Part shown: piece after piece, positions 40,425 through 51,133 of the stretch
Layout of the letters: each line of letters opens with the position of its first letter
Position numbering within the stretch: position 1 is the first letter of the stretch
Source: Paramoeba atlantica
Taxonomy: Eukaryota; Protista; Discosea
Assembly (NCBI GenBank): GCA_977017575.1
Contig: CDRNVI010000070.1
Location: 1 to 64,000, forward strand
Length of the DNA stretch: 64,000 nt
Direction: 5' to 3'
Program-made: the position numbers and the translations under genes
Notes under the pieces: model-generated
Databases searched by the model: none
Told to the model about the DNA's origin: nothing
Seen by the model: only the letters and a program-made list of their open reading frames with translations

Positions 40425-41283
40425 TATTTCTCTTTTGCATCGAATACGAATATCCATTGTTGGTGAGAAGTTGGTGGAGCCTGTGACGCAAGGGAACAAG
40501 AGTGCCACGGGTGATGTGGCCATACGCGTCGCCCATGTCATTCAAATACAGAGCGTGTTTCACTCAACGCTCATTTAGGAGAACAACCTGAGACGCGATC
40601 GCTAAATCAAATCCTTCGACATGTCGTCTCTTAAACATGTGAGCCAGTTGCCAACGTTGAAAAACTCCGGTGTTTACTATCCTGGTACGAAAAGAGAAGT
40701 CCGTACTAGATTTAGCACATCGTATTGTACTGTGTACTTGTGTGTATAAAGTTTAGTCACCCAATGTCTAGACGTGCTCGAAATTACTTTCTCAATTTTG
40801 CATTAGTTTCGCAACAAAAATTTTAGTATTATCTAAGCGAGTGATTAAGCATCGTATTTACTTACACGACTCCGTTCTAGCATTTTTCTTCGCATAGGCT
40901 TCAAAATGTCTGACGGCATCAAATCGTATGCGAATCCTGTAGTAGGGAACCTTGGATGACACAGCGATAGAAGACTGTGCTGTATGATGCAATCAAAGAC
41001 CTCTTGTAATCCAATGTTGAAGGAATTTGAAATCCTTTTCCGAGCTCAGAACCGAAACGGGGATAAAGCTCACAATTTTTCTTGTTTGATGCATTTAATT
41101 AATTAATTAATTAATTAATCAAAAAAGGAGGTTAAAAGAAAAATATTTTTCCCTTAGACGTACTCGATTTTCCAGCTGTGTAGAAACGCCCCTTTTTACC
41201 TCTTTCTTTTCTTTCCTTTTTCATCTTTCCCACCCAACACCCACCTTCCCCCCTCTCTTCACCCTTCCCTCCCCTCCCCTCCC

Positions 41284-41886
41284 ATGCCCCCTCCCTTCCC
41301 CCTCCCCCTCCTCCTCCTCCTCTCGCTCCTCCCCCCCACCCACTGCCTCACCACACGCATTGAGCCCCGCACCAAGGAGTGCTACTTGGAGCAGATCCCC
41401 TCCAACACCCACACCTCCTTCCAGTTCCAGGCGGTCGCGGGGGGACAGCTGGATGTGGTGGTGACCGTCGAGGAGGGGCACTCCGGGGTGGTGATCCAGC
41501 AGTGGAACGCGGAGCCCGAGGGGAAGTGGTCGGATCGCCCCAAAACCGATCGCTTGGTCGCGCTGTGTTTCTCCAATGAACACTCCAAATGGACCCCGAA
41601 GTGGATGAGTTTTTATGTCCACAGGGGACACAACCCCCATATTGCGAAAGCCTCGGATGTGGACCCCGTGGAGCGTGCTGTGATGACGTTGAATGAGGAT
41701 CTAGCGGAGCTCGAGGAGGAGCAGCGAGCGTTAAGGGTCACGGAGAGGCTGCACCGGGACACGGTGGAGGAGACGGCGGAGTATTTGCTGTATTGGTCGC
41801 TTTTTGAGGCGGCGGTGCTGGTGGGGATGGGGCTGTTTCAGATGCGCTATTTGAAGCGGTTTTTGGAGGTGCGGTCGACGGTGTGA
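41284..41886 (+). CDS. TMED2: p24/emp24 (TMED2-like) GOLD-domain cargo receptor
   Basis: Signal peptide, ECYLEQ...LCFSN GOLD cysteines, a coiled coil, a TM helix and the YLKRFLEVRSTV tail. Confidence 0.9.
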   Translation: MPPPFPLPLLLLLSLLPPTHCLTTRIEPRTKECYLEQIPSNTHTSFQFQAVAGGQLDVVVTVEEGHSGVVIQQWNAEPEGKWSDRPKTDRLVALCFSNEHSKWTPKWMSFYVHRGHNPHIAKASDVDPVERAVMTLNEDLAELEEEQRALRVTERLHRDTVEETAEYLLYWSLFEAAVLVGMGLFQMRYLKRFLEVRSTV

Positions 41887-42179
41887 GCGGGTGTATGCGC
41901 GTGGGTAAATGAGATGGGTTGTGTGATTAGTTTTGGTTTGCCTAAAATCGGTTGATCTTTTAGTTAAAGGGATGAATGAAGATTTGACAACAGTACCACT
42001 AGTAACCAAGTATCAAAGGGAAAAGAGTTTCGGATCTCACGTTTACTCTCTCAACGTAACGCTTAAGAAAATTATTATAGCTTCTATCTTCCACTCATGT
42101 CCTACCGCTCATAAATATCTTACAAGAAAAACCGACATGCCGTTACGCTGACACTGAAGACAGGATAGCGCTTGCTTAC

Positions 42180-45116
42180 ATGATTTCTGATTCGCTCGTA
42201 AGTCTTTCCCAGGATATTGGTGTTGTCTTCTCTCTTAGAAAGGAGGGTATACATGAAACAAAACCGGCGAAACATGACCATGCTGTCGAGATGTATTCAT
42301 CTTTTGTCACATCGATCATCCAGTTGAGTGGAACCTCAAGCACTATGCAAGGAAGATGTACCTCTTTTGCCACAGAAACCGAAGTCAGTGACGAAGCCCG
42401 GCCCATTGACTTACAGTTTGAGACAGGTTTCGTGAAATTGAAGAACCAAGCTGGTGATATCGTGGAGAGGACCTTGTTCCCGTTAAAACAGTACTCTAGA
42501 TCCGCTGCAGGGAAAACGCAACAAGAGGAAGATATTCGAACACCAGAAACGCTAAAGAGGACACTTGACTACATTTGCAGCACTCTACTCCCCCTAACAG
42601 AGGACTCCACGTTTCTTTCCGATCCAGAGAAGCTTAATCAACTTTTCGTCTTCCTAGATGACCGCATGCGTGCGATAGCTAAGGATTACGAATCTCAGTC
42701 CATTCATAGTGAATCTCATTTAGAAAATATGAATGTCGTTTTTCGCATTTATATTCTCCGTATATTAAGGTGTCTATCCACAGAGGATGGGTGTGAGCTA
42801 TTTGGACCATTTAAAAAACTAAACAACGAGCGATTAGACGCCGTTCGAGGAGGTCTCCTACGATATTATAAAGAAAACACAGGAAACCCACACTGTGAGG
42901 AGATGCTGTCGTATTTTCTATTGCGGTGTCTCGGACACGATGCCGAGAGTGACTCACGAACGTGGTGGCATGACTCACTTATTCAACGGAGACAAATTCT
43001 CCACGAGATAACGACAAGTGCAGCACTAGAAAAGATCTCCTCACAAAGTGTGTGGGTTTCTCTACATGCCATACATTACATGGAAACAGCGCAATGGCTA
43101 TCTCTTCTTGACATGGTAAAAACACTAAATCCTTTGCAAGTGGCGCTCGTGGAAACTAGTCTTTCATACATTCGAGTCCGTGCATTGCAAGATCTACTTT
43201 GTGGAAAAGCTCATGGCTTGAATCGGTCAAGACTAACGGGAAGAATGTCACTCGCCGATGCATCTAGAATGTTGCTTTTTCGAAATACAGATCAGATGGA
43301 GAAATTCGTGTCCCTGTTCATGGCCGCGGAGAGCGTGATTGATGCTGACGACCTGATTTGCGGTTCAAAAGATTCAAACGAATTAATTTGGGAAAAGCAT
43401 GGAAAGTCGAAACTGTTGTTACCACTTCACTATAATGCTGTCACATCCATAGCTACATTTCACCACAAGGAACATGCCTTGCCGATGTCATCCGAAACAC
43501 TCGTCAGGGGATACTTCAGCGAAAGTCTCGAACAAACCCTTGAGCAATGTAAATCGTTTGGGACACTTTTGGAAAACTCGTTAGCTAATGTCCGTGCAAT
43601 TACACTAAAAGCCCTCAGCATGAATGCTAAGGTTGACAGCCCGGCGAAGCCCAAATCTGCTGACCCATCAAATGCGGAGCAGGAACAGAAAACTAATCTA
43701 GATAGTATACGGCCATCACCCACGACCATAACACAGGAAGCACACGAAACAAAATCCGATTCACAATCAGCCATTAGTGAAGATGAATCGGAGGACGAAG
43801 TACTCACTCCAGTAGAGACCGAATCAAATTTCTCACAGAACAACCGCTTTTGGAACTCCCGCGACGCCATCGAAGGCATAGCGCAAAAAGCACAACCAGG
43901 ACAGGATTCTATCGTTGCAGCAGATGCATTTTACGCAGCTGCCCCCGTATGCCCGGCGGTTATGGAACAAAAAGCAACACCCCCTCTGGCGCAAGAAGTT
44001 ATTTTACAGGACCATGTGCATTCTTTGCCTAAAATTACCGAGTTGAGTTCTCACACTATCGTAGACAATAAGTTTTCAGAGCTCGAGTACGCAAAAGTAG
44101 ATCAAAACACCCAACAAATCTTGTCCTCCGATCTTCGTAGTACAGACAACGAGAGCACTAGAATAGAAATAGAGCCTCACAATATTGAAGAAGACAATAT
44201 TGAAGAAGAATCAGATGCGCTAACGAACGCTTTGCGTTTACTTGATCCCCTATGGATTTGTTTTGCCGAGTCTTCTTATGCTCTATTATGGTGTCATCGC
44301 GCTGCGTGCCTCTTTACTGGATGGCAGTGGCATGAAATGATGCAACATTCGAGTGACGCGCCCCCTTTTCTAGAATGGGTCATATCCTTCTCATGCGTTG
44401 ACGTGTGCCATGATCAAAAAGCATGCCACCAACCATTATTCAGTCGGGTTCTAGCCAGTATAGGTGGTTCAGCAACACTTAACAGGACACTTTCATATTC
44501 TAATGGGGTTCTCATTTCACCGTTAGTGAGTTCGCAACTGGACTGTGCTACAGAGGACACATACCCGATGCTGGCCTACAATGATTCTACTAACGGGGCC
44601 ACTTTGCTGGTTGTCATGCCGCCAATATATTTTAAGGAACCTCAGGAAGACGATCTTCATGGTGGTTCTTTCAGAAGAGGAGCAGCATATCAACATCAAG
44701 GTCACAGAGTTCAAGACGAACAGAACAAAAAAGCATTTTTATTGCAAACGTTCGCAACGCATCTCCTGCGAGAAACTATGCTTATGGTACGCATGGGAAA
44801 AAGAGTACGAAATGTGGTCGTGTTGCACGAAAAGCCTTTCGAGACCGACAACTCAGTTTCAGAAAGTGAAAGTCCACAAACTTCGACGCTCTCCGAATTA
44901 TACCGCGTTGCACGTCATGTTCTGTCCCATCAACCAGAACTTGCCGAATTATATGGACATTCGCATGTGATAAATTTAGATTTTATGGATCTTAGCGTTG
45001 ATAAAACTCTTCACTCTCCGGAAGGCGTAATTGAATCATTTGCTGCGCGTGTTGGGCAAATCATGGAGCAATGCGCTAGGCGATTTGCTGTACAAGATCA
45101 AATCGCTGAAAGTTGA
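42180..45116 (+). CDS. SAC3/GANP-family domain protein
   Basis: YSRSAAG...DIRTPETLKRTLDYI...FLDDRMRAIAKDY SAC3 signature, followed by a long divergent C-terminus. Confidence 0.75.
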   Translation: MISDSLVSLSQDIGVVFSLRKEGIHETKPAKHDHAVEMYSSFVTSIIQLSGTSSTMQGRCTSFATETEVSDEARPIDLQFETGFVKLKNQAGDIVERTLFPLKQYSRSAAGKTQQEEDIRTPETLKRTLDYICSTLLPLTEDSTFLSDPEKLNQLFVFLDDRMRAIAKDYESQSIHSESHLENMNVVFRIYILRILRCLSTEDGCELFGPFKKLNNERLDAVRGGLLRYYKENTGNPHCEEMLSYFLLRCLGHDAESDSRTWWHDSLIQRRQILHEITTSAALEKISSQSVWVSLHAIHYMETAQWLSLLDMVKTLNPLQVALVETSLSYIRVRALQDLLCGKAHGLNRSRLTGRMSLADASRMLLFRNTDQMEKFVSLFMAAESVIDADDLICGSKDSNELIWEKHGKSKLLLPLHYNAVTSIATFHHKEHALPMSSETLVRGYFSESLEQTLEQCKSFGTLLENSLANVRAITLKALSMNAKVDSPAKPKSADPSNAEQEQKTNLDSIRPSPTTITQEAHETKSDSQSAISEDESEDEVLTPVETESNFSQNNRFWNSRDAIEGIAQKAQPGQDSIVAADAFYAAAPVCPAVMEQKATPPLAQEVILQDHVHSLPKITELSSHTIVDNKFSELEYAKVDQNTQQILSSDLRSTDNESTRIEIEPHNIEEDNIEEESDALTNALRLLDPLWICFAESSYALLWCHRAACLFTGWQWHEMMQHSSDAPPFLEWVISFSCVDVCHDQKACHQPLFSRVLASIGGSATLNRTLSYSNGVLISPLVSSQLDCATEDTYPMLAYNDSTNGATLLVVMPPIYFKEPQEDDLHGGSFRRGAAYQHQGHRVQDEQNKKAFLLQTFATHLLRETMLMVRMGKRVRNVVVLHEKPFETDNSVSESESPQTSTLSELYRVARHVLSHQPELAELYGHSHVINLDFMDLSVDKTLHSPEGVIESFAARVGQIMEQCARRFAVQDQIAES

Positions 45117-45340
45117 TTCCGCTGATTTCTTGCATGTAGTCCATCCACACCTTACATGCACATCCTTTGAATTGTGTTCCAACATTTTTGTGAGAAGTAC
45201 ACCTTGAAATACAAACAAACAACGCTCTATCTCTACCAAACGTCTCTTTTAGAAGTGTTTTACAAGCTTTTCTCTACCAAGGCTACAATTTCATTAAAGC
45301 TAATGCAGCTGAGTCTTCCTCCCCACCTTCAGAACGTTTC

Positions 45341-46558
45341 ATGCCACGTGTTTTAAGTATCCAATCACATGTGAGCTCTGGATACGTCGGCAACTCATGT
45401 GCCGCCACCGTATTTCATTTCCTAGGCATCGAAGTAGACTGTATTCACACCGTTCGCTATAGCAACCATGGGGGGTACGGCTGTGTTCGTGGCTCAAGAC
45501 TCAGCGTTGAGGAATTCCAATCGGTTATCTCGGCGCTACGAAAGAATTGTATTCTACAGGAATACACACACTTACTCACAGGGTATCTCGGTCCAGATCC
45601 TGAACTGATCTCTTCGATTCATGACTTTATACTTCAAATGAAACAAGAGAGACCTGATCTTGTATATTTCTGCGATCCCGTTTGCGGAGATGAGGTGCAA
45701 TACGAAGAGAATGGTGAGATATGTGCACGTAAGGAAAAGCTTTATCTACCGAAAAGTTGTCTCCCGGAGCTTTGCAGACTGCTACACCTTGCAGACGTGA
45801 TTCGATGTAATCTTTTTGAAATACGAAGCTTGCTTAGGAATGCATCTCTTACAGATTGTGACACACCACAAGGTGAGGAGATCAGCTGTGTAAAAACATT
45901 GCTAAGGCGTTGTTTTAATGCGTTTATGAGTCCAACGCAAGAGGAAAAACTTATTATGGTTTCGCACAATGAAGAGTCGAGTGATATAAGAGAAATTGTT
46001 TCTCATGCGAAACACTTTCCTTGTCCGTTGGATGACAAGCTTGCCTGTGTAGTTAGCTTTGCTCATGGAGTGAGAAAATTACCAAATGCGGCTTTAGATA
46101 TAAAAATGCGCCGTATGCTGTCACCTCGAGTTAAGCGTCCGTATCATTTTGCTGGAACTGGTGATTTGTTGACGGCTCTGCTTCTGGCTTACAGAATTAA
46201 TAAAGGGCATAAGCCACCTGTCGACCCACTTACTAAATACACCCACTTACTAAGGCGTGCAGTGGCAGCCACATTCGGTGTATGCTGCAAAACAGCGGAA
46301 CGATATCTTGCGTTCAAGGATTCAAATAGTGATGGGACGAGGAGTACAGTGCCGAGTGACGGTACGAATGAGTCTAAGAAACGAGAACTAGCTTTGATTT
46401 CTTGCGCCAACCTTTTACGACGGTACAATGAGACCGAGTTGGACACCCCAGCAAGGGAGAATGTAATGACTTCTGAGACGTGGCAGTCGGAATTACACGA
46501 AAGTATCTTGGTTCAAGATTTTCCCGATACGTCCAGAGATTCAGACCCAGAATTCTGA
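45341..46558 (+). CDS. PDXK: Pyridoxal kinase
   Basis: VLSIQSHVSSGYVGN, LTGYLG, CDPVCGD and GTGD motifs. AG at 45331-45332. Confidence 0.93.
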   Translation: MPRVLSIQSHVSSGYVGNSCAATVFHFLGIEVDCIHTVRYSNHGGYGCVRGSRLSVEEFQSVISALRKNCILQEYTHLLTGYLGPDPELISSIHDFILQMKQERPDLVYFCDPVCGDEVQYEENGEICARKEKLYLPKSCLPELCRLLHLADVIRCNLFEIRSLLRNASLTDCDTPQGEEISCVKTLLRRCFNAFMSPTQEEKLIMVSHNEESSDIREIVSHAKHFPCPLDDKLACVVSFAHGVRKLPNAALDIKMRRMLSPRVKRPYHFAGTGDLLTALLLAYRINKGHKPPVDPLTKYTHLLRRAVAATFGVCCKTAERYLAFKDSNSDGTRSTVPSDGTNESKKRELALISCANLLRRYNETELDTPARENVMTSETWQSELHESILVQDFPDTSRDSDPEF

Positions 46559-46710
46559 AAATATATTTTCACACCCTAGTGGTTGTCCATGTGCCGCGTG
46601 CCACCCTTCATGAAGCATTCATTTTTTCTTTGTTCAACTCTTGATAAAATTTCGCAGCACATTTTTGTAAAATTTGAGCTAGCGTGCTTCTTTAGTATTT
46701 TTGATTTCCG

Positions 46711-46729
46711 TCTATTTTTTCTTTCCTAG
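46711..46729 (+). promoter_or_regulatory. Candidate trans-splice acceptor (polypyrimidine tract plus AG)
   Basis: TCTATTTTTTCTTTCCTAG, 4 nt before the ATG. Similar sites have their AG at 8768, 11076, 20289, 45331 and 51115. Confidence 0.6.
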
Positions 46730-46733
46730 TCGA

Positions 46734-47702
46734 ATGGATCCCCAGTCATCTCTTCTCCTTCCGGATGAAATTATCGCATGGCGCCTACGCAATGCCACAC
46801 CGACACAAACGGGAGTGCAATCTTTAAGCATGTGGTGTTTACTAAACAAAACTCATCGTCGTGCCATTCTGAAGCAATGGCGTACACACTTGTGCAATAC
46901 GGAGCTTCCCGAAAGGACGCGAGTTGCACTTTTGTACATCGTGCACGATATTTTACACAATATTATCTCGGCTTCCTCCGATACACGTATGCGGGCACGT
47001 ATCTATCTCGAAGATATCTGTGTGGAACTGCCGCTGGCCGTGATGGCTGTATCACAAGAACTCCGCGAGGCATCTAATTTGGGACCCGAACAGGAGGCTT
47101 TAATCGAGTGCCTGTCGAAACTTGTGCTTGCTTGGAAAGAAATGGGCATCTTTCCACCCACAATAATGAAAACGTTGTGGAATGCAGTGGATCGAACCAG
47201 GCAGTTTTCCGGGAAACCACCGCTTACAGTTTTGAAGGCTATACCCGCATCAGAAATAAAGCATGACGTTGCACCATGCCTCGGTGAATTGGCTACAAAA
47301 CAACGAACCTTACAAGACTTAGTGGAGAAATGGCGCAAGACTCGATTGTCACAAAAGATTAAATCGGAAACAAGCTCAAAAACAGATACGGAGGAAGCGG
47401 AGCATAAGGAACTTCGTAAAGCTCTGGAATGCGTTACCCAAGCGCTGCAGTTTGTTACGAGAGAAATTATTTCTCCATTACAGCATACGGAAGCAGAATT
47501 AAGAGCAAGGGAACATGAGTTAGCTGGCCTCGATGAAGCAAAGGAAGTGACAAAAGATATCGGCGTATGTAATACAAAATTACACCATGAAGATAAGCTG
47601 ACGCACCCTATAGAAGACAGACGAGTGGAGGATAATATTCAACATCCCGCTGAGACCTCCTACTCTGGTACTGGAGTATTGGACGATCTTTTCGATGACT
47701 AG
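46734..47702 (+). CDS. CID (CTD-interacting/RPR) domain protein, RPRD/Rtt103-like
   Basis: LRNATPTQTGVQSLSMWCL...RVALLYIVHDIL followed by a coiled coil. Confidence 0.75.
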   Translation: MDPQSSLLLPDEIIAWRLRNATPTQTGVQSLSMWCLLNKTHRRAILKQWRTHLCNTELPERTRVALLYIVHDILHNIISASSDTRMRARIYLEDICVELPLAVMAVSQELREASNLGPEQEALIECLSKLVLAWKEMGIFPPTIMKTLWNAVDRTRQFSGKPPLTVLKAIPASEIKHDVAPCLGELATKQRTLQDLVEKWRKTRLSQKIKSETSSKTDTEEAEHKELRKALECVTQALQFVTREIISPLQHTEAELRAREHELAGLDEAKEVTKDIGVCNTKLHHEDKLTHPIEDRRVEDNIQHPAETSYSGTGVLDDLFDD

Positions 47703-47903
47703 ACAGAGCCAATACCGCTACTTCTATATTCCTTCATACTTCAAAAAAATATGGAAAGACAGTTAGTGTAAAGTTTGTAGCATATTTTGTACTCTAGCAA
47801 TCGAATACTATACTGTACGTCACATACTCTATCTAGTAATCCGTTAGCCACTTTTCTCTACCGCTTAACAGTAAATGATTTCGCAATAATGTGATTCGAA
47901 GGA

Positions 47904-49202
47904 ATGACAGACGCATACTTTGAGGAACCACTTTTGGCCCATTCATTTATTGCTCACAACTCTCTTCTTCGACATGCTCGATGTGATTCCACAAAATCTG
48001 TGGCTGTCCCGCAACCCACTTTGTCAACCGGACCTTATGGTCGTGATTTTATTAGTTCGCTGTGTTGTTCTCCGGATGGTTGTTTGATCGCAACGACATC
48101 TATCGACGCTGTCATACGACTGTGGTGTCCGTCTTCTGTTGTCGAGAATTTTAAGAAAAAGGATTTGCAAACTCGATCCATGGGATCGAATCGGCCTCAA
48201 GGGGAAAATACGCCCGGGAGACCACTACCTCTGAAAGTTTTATATTCCCCCTTCACGCCGACAGCTTGTAATTTTGTCATCCCATGTACGAAGGGAACTT
48301 CAGTGCCCTCTGGGAGCGCAAATGACTCATACTCTTTTATTGATCCCCAGAGAGCAGAAGAAAAAATCATTGAGGCGAAATATCAGTTAGCCGTCGGTAC
48401 AAGAAATGGGGAAGTTTATGTTTATTCCTTGTCTACAGGGACCATTCAAATTTCGTTAAGCACGAGTGAAATAGCGAATGAGTTTCCTCACGGTGATTCG
48501 GTCGGCCAGGAATCAAAATACAGTATCACCGCTTTGGATTGCGCTCCGATGAATTTGCATGGGTGCCAACAGGTGGTGATATCCGCCTGCTTTTCTACAG
48601 GCCATATACTTTTAATGAAGTATGACCAAGAAGAATCGAAGGCTTCTTCCTTGCAATGGATACATCCCAATACAGTACTGGGGAGGGAACTGAAGGTTTG
48701 CCACTACCATTCCGTCGACCTGGTATTATTTGCAAAAGAGATAGACCGTTTACAGAACATTTCCCTAAAACTATCGTATTGCGACGACGTTTGCCTTAAG
48801 GATTGCAAAATATGTGCCGTAGTGCCCGATAAGCTGGATGATTTTTCGAAGTCGGTATGGAGGAAGGAAATGGAGATGAGTGTAGAGTTACATTCCGTCT
48901 TGACAGCGGTAGTCTCACAACTTTCTGAGAACTGCGATGTGATTCCATGTTCAGGATTGCAGCCTGCGAATGAAAGCATTTCTAGTACGTGTCACCAAAT
49001 AAGCACAGTGCGAGAAATATGTTTTGATAAAACGTTTTACTGCAAGGAACTCCTGAAGAATTCCTCTGGGGTTACTGCGACTTTGAGCGAACAAAGTGAG
49101 ATTCAAGCTTTGGAGGAGGAAATCACGCGTATGAAGAAGAAAAAAGATCGATGGGCAAGATACATAGAAGAACTCAATCGCCGCTTGAAAGAAAAAGTAT
49201 AG
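47904..49202 (+). CDS. WD40-repeat protein with C-terminal coiled coil
   Basis: ISSLCCSPDGCLIATTSIDAVIRLW and LAVGTRNGEVYVYSL blades. Confidence 0.7.
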   Translation: MTDAYFEEPLLAHSFIAHNSLLRHARCDSTKSVAVPQPTLSTGPYGRDFISSLCCSPDGCLIATTSIDAVIRLWCPSSVVENFKKKDLQTRSMGSNRPQGENTPGRPLPLKVLYSPFTPTACNFVIPCTKGTSVPSGSANDSYSFIDPQRAEEKIIEAKYQLAVGTRNGEVYVYSLSTGTIQISLSTSEIANEFPHGDSVGQESKYSITALDCAPMNLHGCQQVVISACFSTGHILLMKYDQEESKASSLQWIHPNTVLGRELKVCHYHSVDLVLFAKEIDRLQNISLKLSYCDDVCLKDCKICAVVPDKLDDFSKSVWRKEMEMSVELHSVLTAVVSQLSENCDVIPCSGLQPANESISSTCHQISTVREICFDKTFYCKELLKNSSGVTATLSEQSEIQALEEEITRMKKKKDRWARYIEELNRRLKEKV

Positions 49203-49430
49203 TAAGGTACTGATTATGTTTAGTTTCGAAAAATAGTATTCAATCACGTGAAGTACAGTACCTGCTTGCAATTCTCCTTTCAGACTTTACGCTATTGTTG
49301 AATTAAATTTACATCGTATTCATTTTATACACCACAATGTACTAAATGTAGAACAATATCGTATTTCTCTACTTTTCTCTTCCTGAAAATTGGGTGTTCA
49401 AAAATTCCCGAAAAGTATATATTACGAGAG

Positions 49431-50723
49431 ATGAATGCAGCTCTATCCAAGCCCACAGCGGCGTATATGGAACGAGTAGCAAAGGGGCTAGTGCTTTCAG
49501 ACGCAAAGCAAATGCGTTGCCTCACCTCGTGCTTGGATCCTCTTCACACAAGCTTAACGCAATACGCAGGATCCGGTACCTCCGAAAGTCGAACTCGATC
49601 TCGTCTTCAGGGTATTAAAGGGGCATATCTCTGGGGTGGTGTAGGCTGTGGAAAAACGTATTTGATGGATCTTTTGGAGAGCTGCCTCCCACAGAATGTT
49701 ACCCGAAGACGTGTCCACTTTCACGCATTTATGTCCGAGGTCCACAAGACCATACGTGACATAAAAAAGAAGGATTCCGTAACTGATGGAATGCGTGAGA
49801 CAACGAAACGCTTGATAGGAGATGTGGAAGTACTCTGTTTTGATGAGATGATGGTTACAGATGTTGCCGATGCAATGATTCTAAAGCGGTTGTTTAACTC
49901 ATTCGATGAACTGGGCTTGTGTTCCGTGGTGACATCGAATCGACCCCCGGACGATCTGTATGCTAACGGACTGAACCGCGAGCTGTTTCTCCCGTTTGTC
50001 TCTTTGCTAAAAAAGCGTTGTACAGTGTTTGACATGGAGTCCGATGTTGACTACCGTTTACGTAACAAACAAACATCGTCAACTGAATCTCGTCGGTATT
50101 TCTCACCGTTGGACAACAAAACAGAGCGTGAAGCATTTTACCATCTACTCACAAAGCTACGAAATGGTGAGACCTTGTCCCCTGCAACACTTGTCAGTTC
50201 GGTCAACCGACTTGTTTCGGTTCCATGCGCTGCTCAGCAGCATGGAGTGTGTCTTTTTACCTTTCAGCAGTTGTGCGGCGAGGAGCGCAGTGCCATTGAT
50301 TACGAGGCCATTGCACAGTCTTTTCCTTATGTTTTCGTGACCGATATTCCTCATATTTCGCTACGCCAGTCTTCAGAGGTACGACGACTTATTATTGCAC
50401 TGGACGTATTCTATCAACACCGGGTAAAGCTGGTGTGTCTAGCAGATGCTGATCCAGCCCATTTATGTCCCGAAATGGAATCTACTCCCCAATCCGGGCG
50501 AGCGGAGCTCTCCGATGACGATCGTCACATGATTGATTCGTTGGGTCTCACAGAAAACGGAAAAAGCACAAGTAACCGCTCCATGAACATTTTTACACAT
50601 CAAGATGAACGGTTCATGATGGATCGAGCGCTATCGCGGTTGTATGAGATGTCGACACCTGAGTACTGGAATCGACAGGAGACGGCAAAATCCGCTGCCT
50701 CATCTCATGGGATATACGTTTAG
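49431..50723 (+). CDS. AFG1: AFG1/LACE1 (ZapE-like) ATPase
   Basis: GAYLWGGVGCGKTYLMD, RRVHFHAFM, LCFDEMMVTDVADAMIL and TSNRPPDDLYANGL motifs. Confidence 0.95.
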   Translation: MNAALSKPTAAYMERVAKGLVLSDAKQMRCLTSCLDPLHTSLTQYAGSGTSESRTRSRLQGIKGAYLWGGVGCGKTYLMDLLESCLPQNVTRRRVHFHAFMSEVHKTIRDIKKKDSVTDGMRETTKRLIGDVEVLCFDEMMVTDVADAMILKRLFNSFDELGLCSVVTSNRPPDDLYANGLNRELFLPFVSLLKKRCTVFDMESDVDYRLRNKQTSSTESRRYFSPLDNKTEREAFYHLLTKLRNGETLSPATLVSSVNRLVSVPCAAQQHGVCLFTFQQLCGEERSAIDYEAIAQSFPYVFVTDIPHISLRQSSEVRRLIIALDVFYQHRVKLVCLADADPAHLCPEMESTPQSGRAELSDDDRHMIDSLGLTENGKSTSNRSMNIFTHQDERFMMDRALSRLYEMSTPEYWNRQETAKSAASSHGIYV

Positions 50724-51084
50724 CGCCACTTTTTTACTTAACCTGGGAGCTGTGCGTGAGTCCTAGGGAAATGATACGACGATCATTCCCTGCCATACGT
50801 ATCATATCCATCATAGCTGAGTTCCAGCTATGAAATCGTAGCGGATGCTACCGATCAGCTTCAAAAAGGCTGATTTGCTTCAACTGATACACACGGCATT
50901 TGTGCATTGGGCTTCAATTGCAATTTTTTGCAACTATTCACTTGCTTTTTTGGCTACTAAACCATTGCATTTTTTAGTTTTCCATCACATTGTACTTTGT
51001 GTAAATGATATTGTGTGCTTCAAAGAAAAGTTGACAAGCCGACCGTGTATTCTTTCTCTTCGCCTTGACAGAATTATCCAACCA

Positions 51085-51116
51085 TTTCCTTCCTTAACAC
51101 ACTTTTTCCTTCCTAG
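51085..51116 (+). promoter_or_regulatory. Candidate trans-splice acceptor for PABP
   Basis: TTTCCTTCCTTAACACACTTTTTCCTTCCTAG, 17 nt before the ATG. Confidence 0.6.
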
Positions 51117-51133
51117 TGGTTTACTGTTTCTGA

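Noticed and set aside
40430-40680. Possible reverse-transcriptase fragment on the minus strand (ALYLNDMGDAYG)
   Set aside because: Only a loose resemblance to one RT motif, interrupted by stops, with no YADD-type motif nearby.
50765-50845. C/D snoRNA or structured RNA between AFG1 and PABP
   Set aside because: Two small hairpins and a CTGA are present, but box C is poor (ATGATAC) and no antisense element could be identified.
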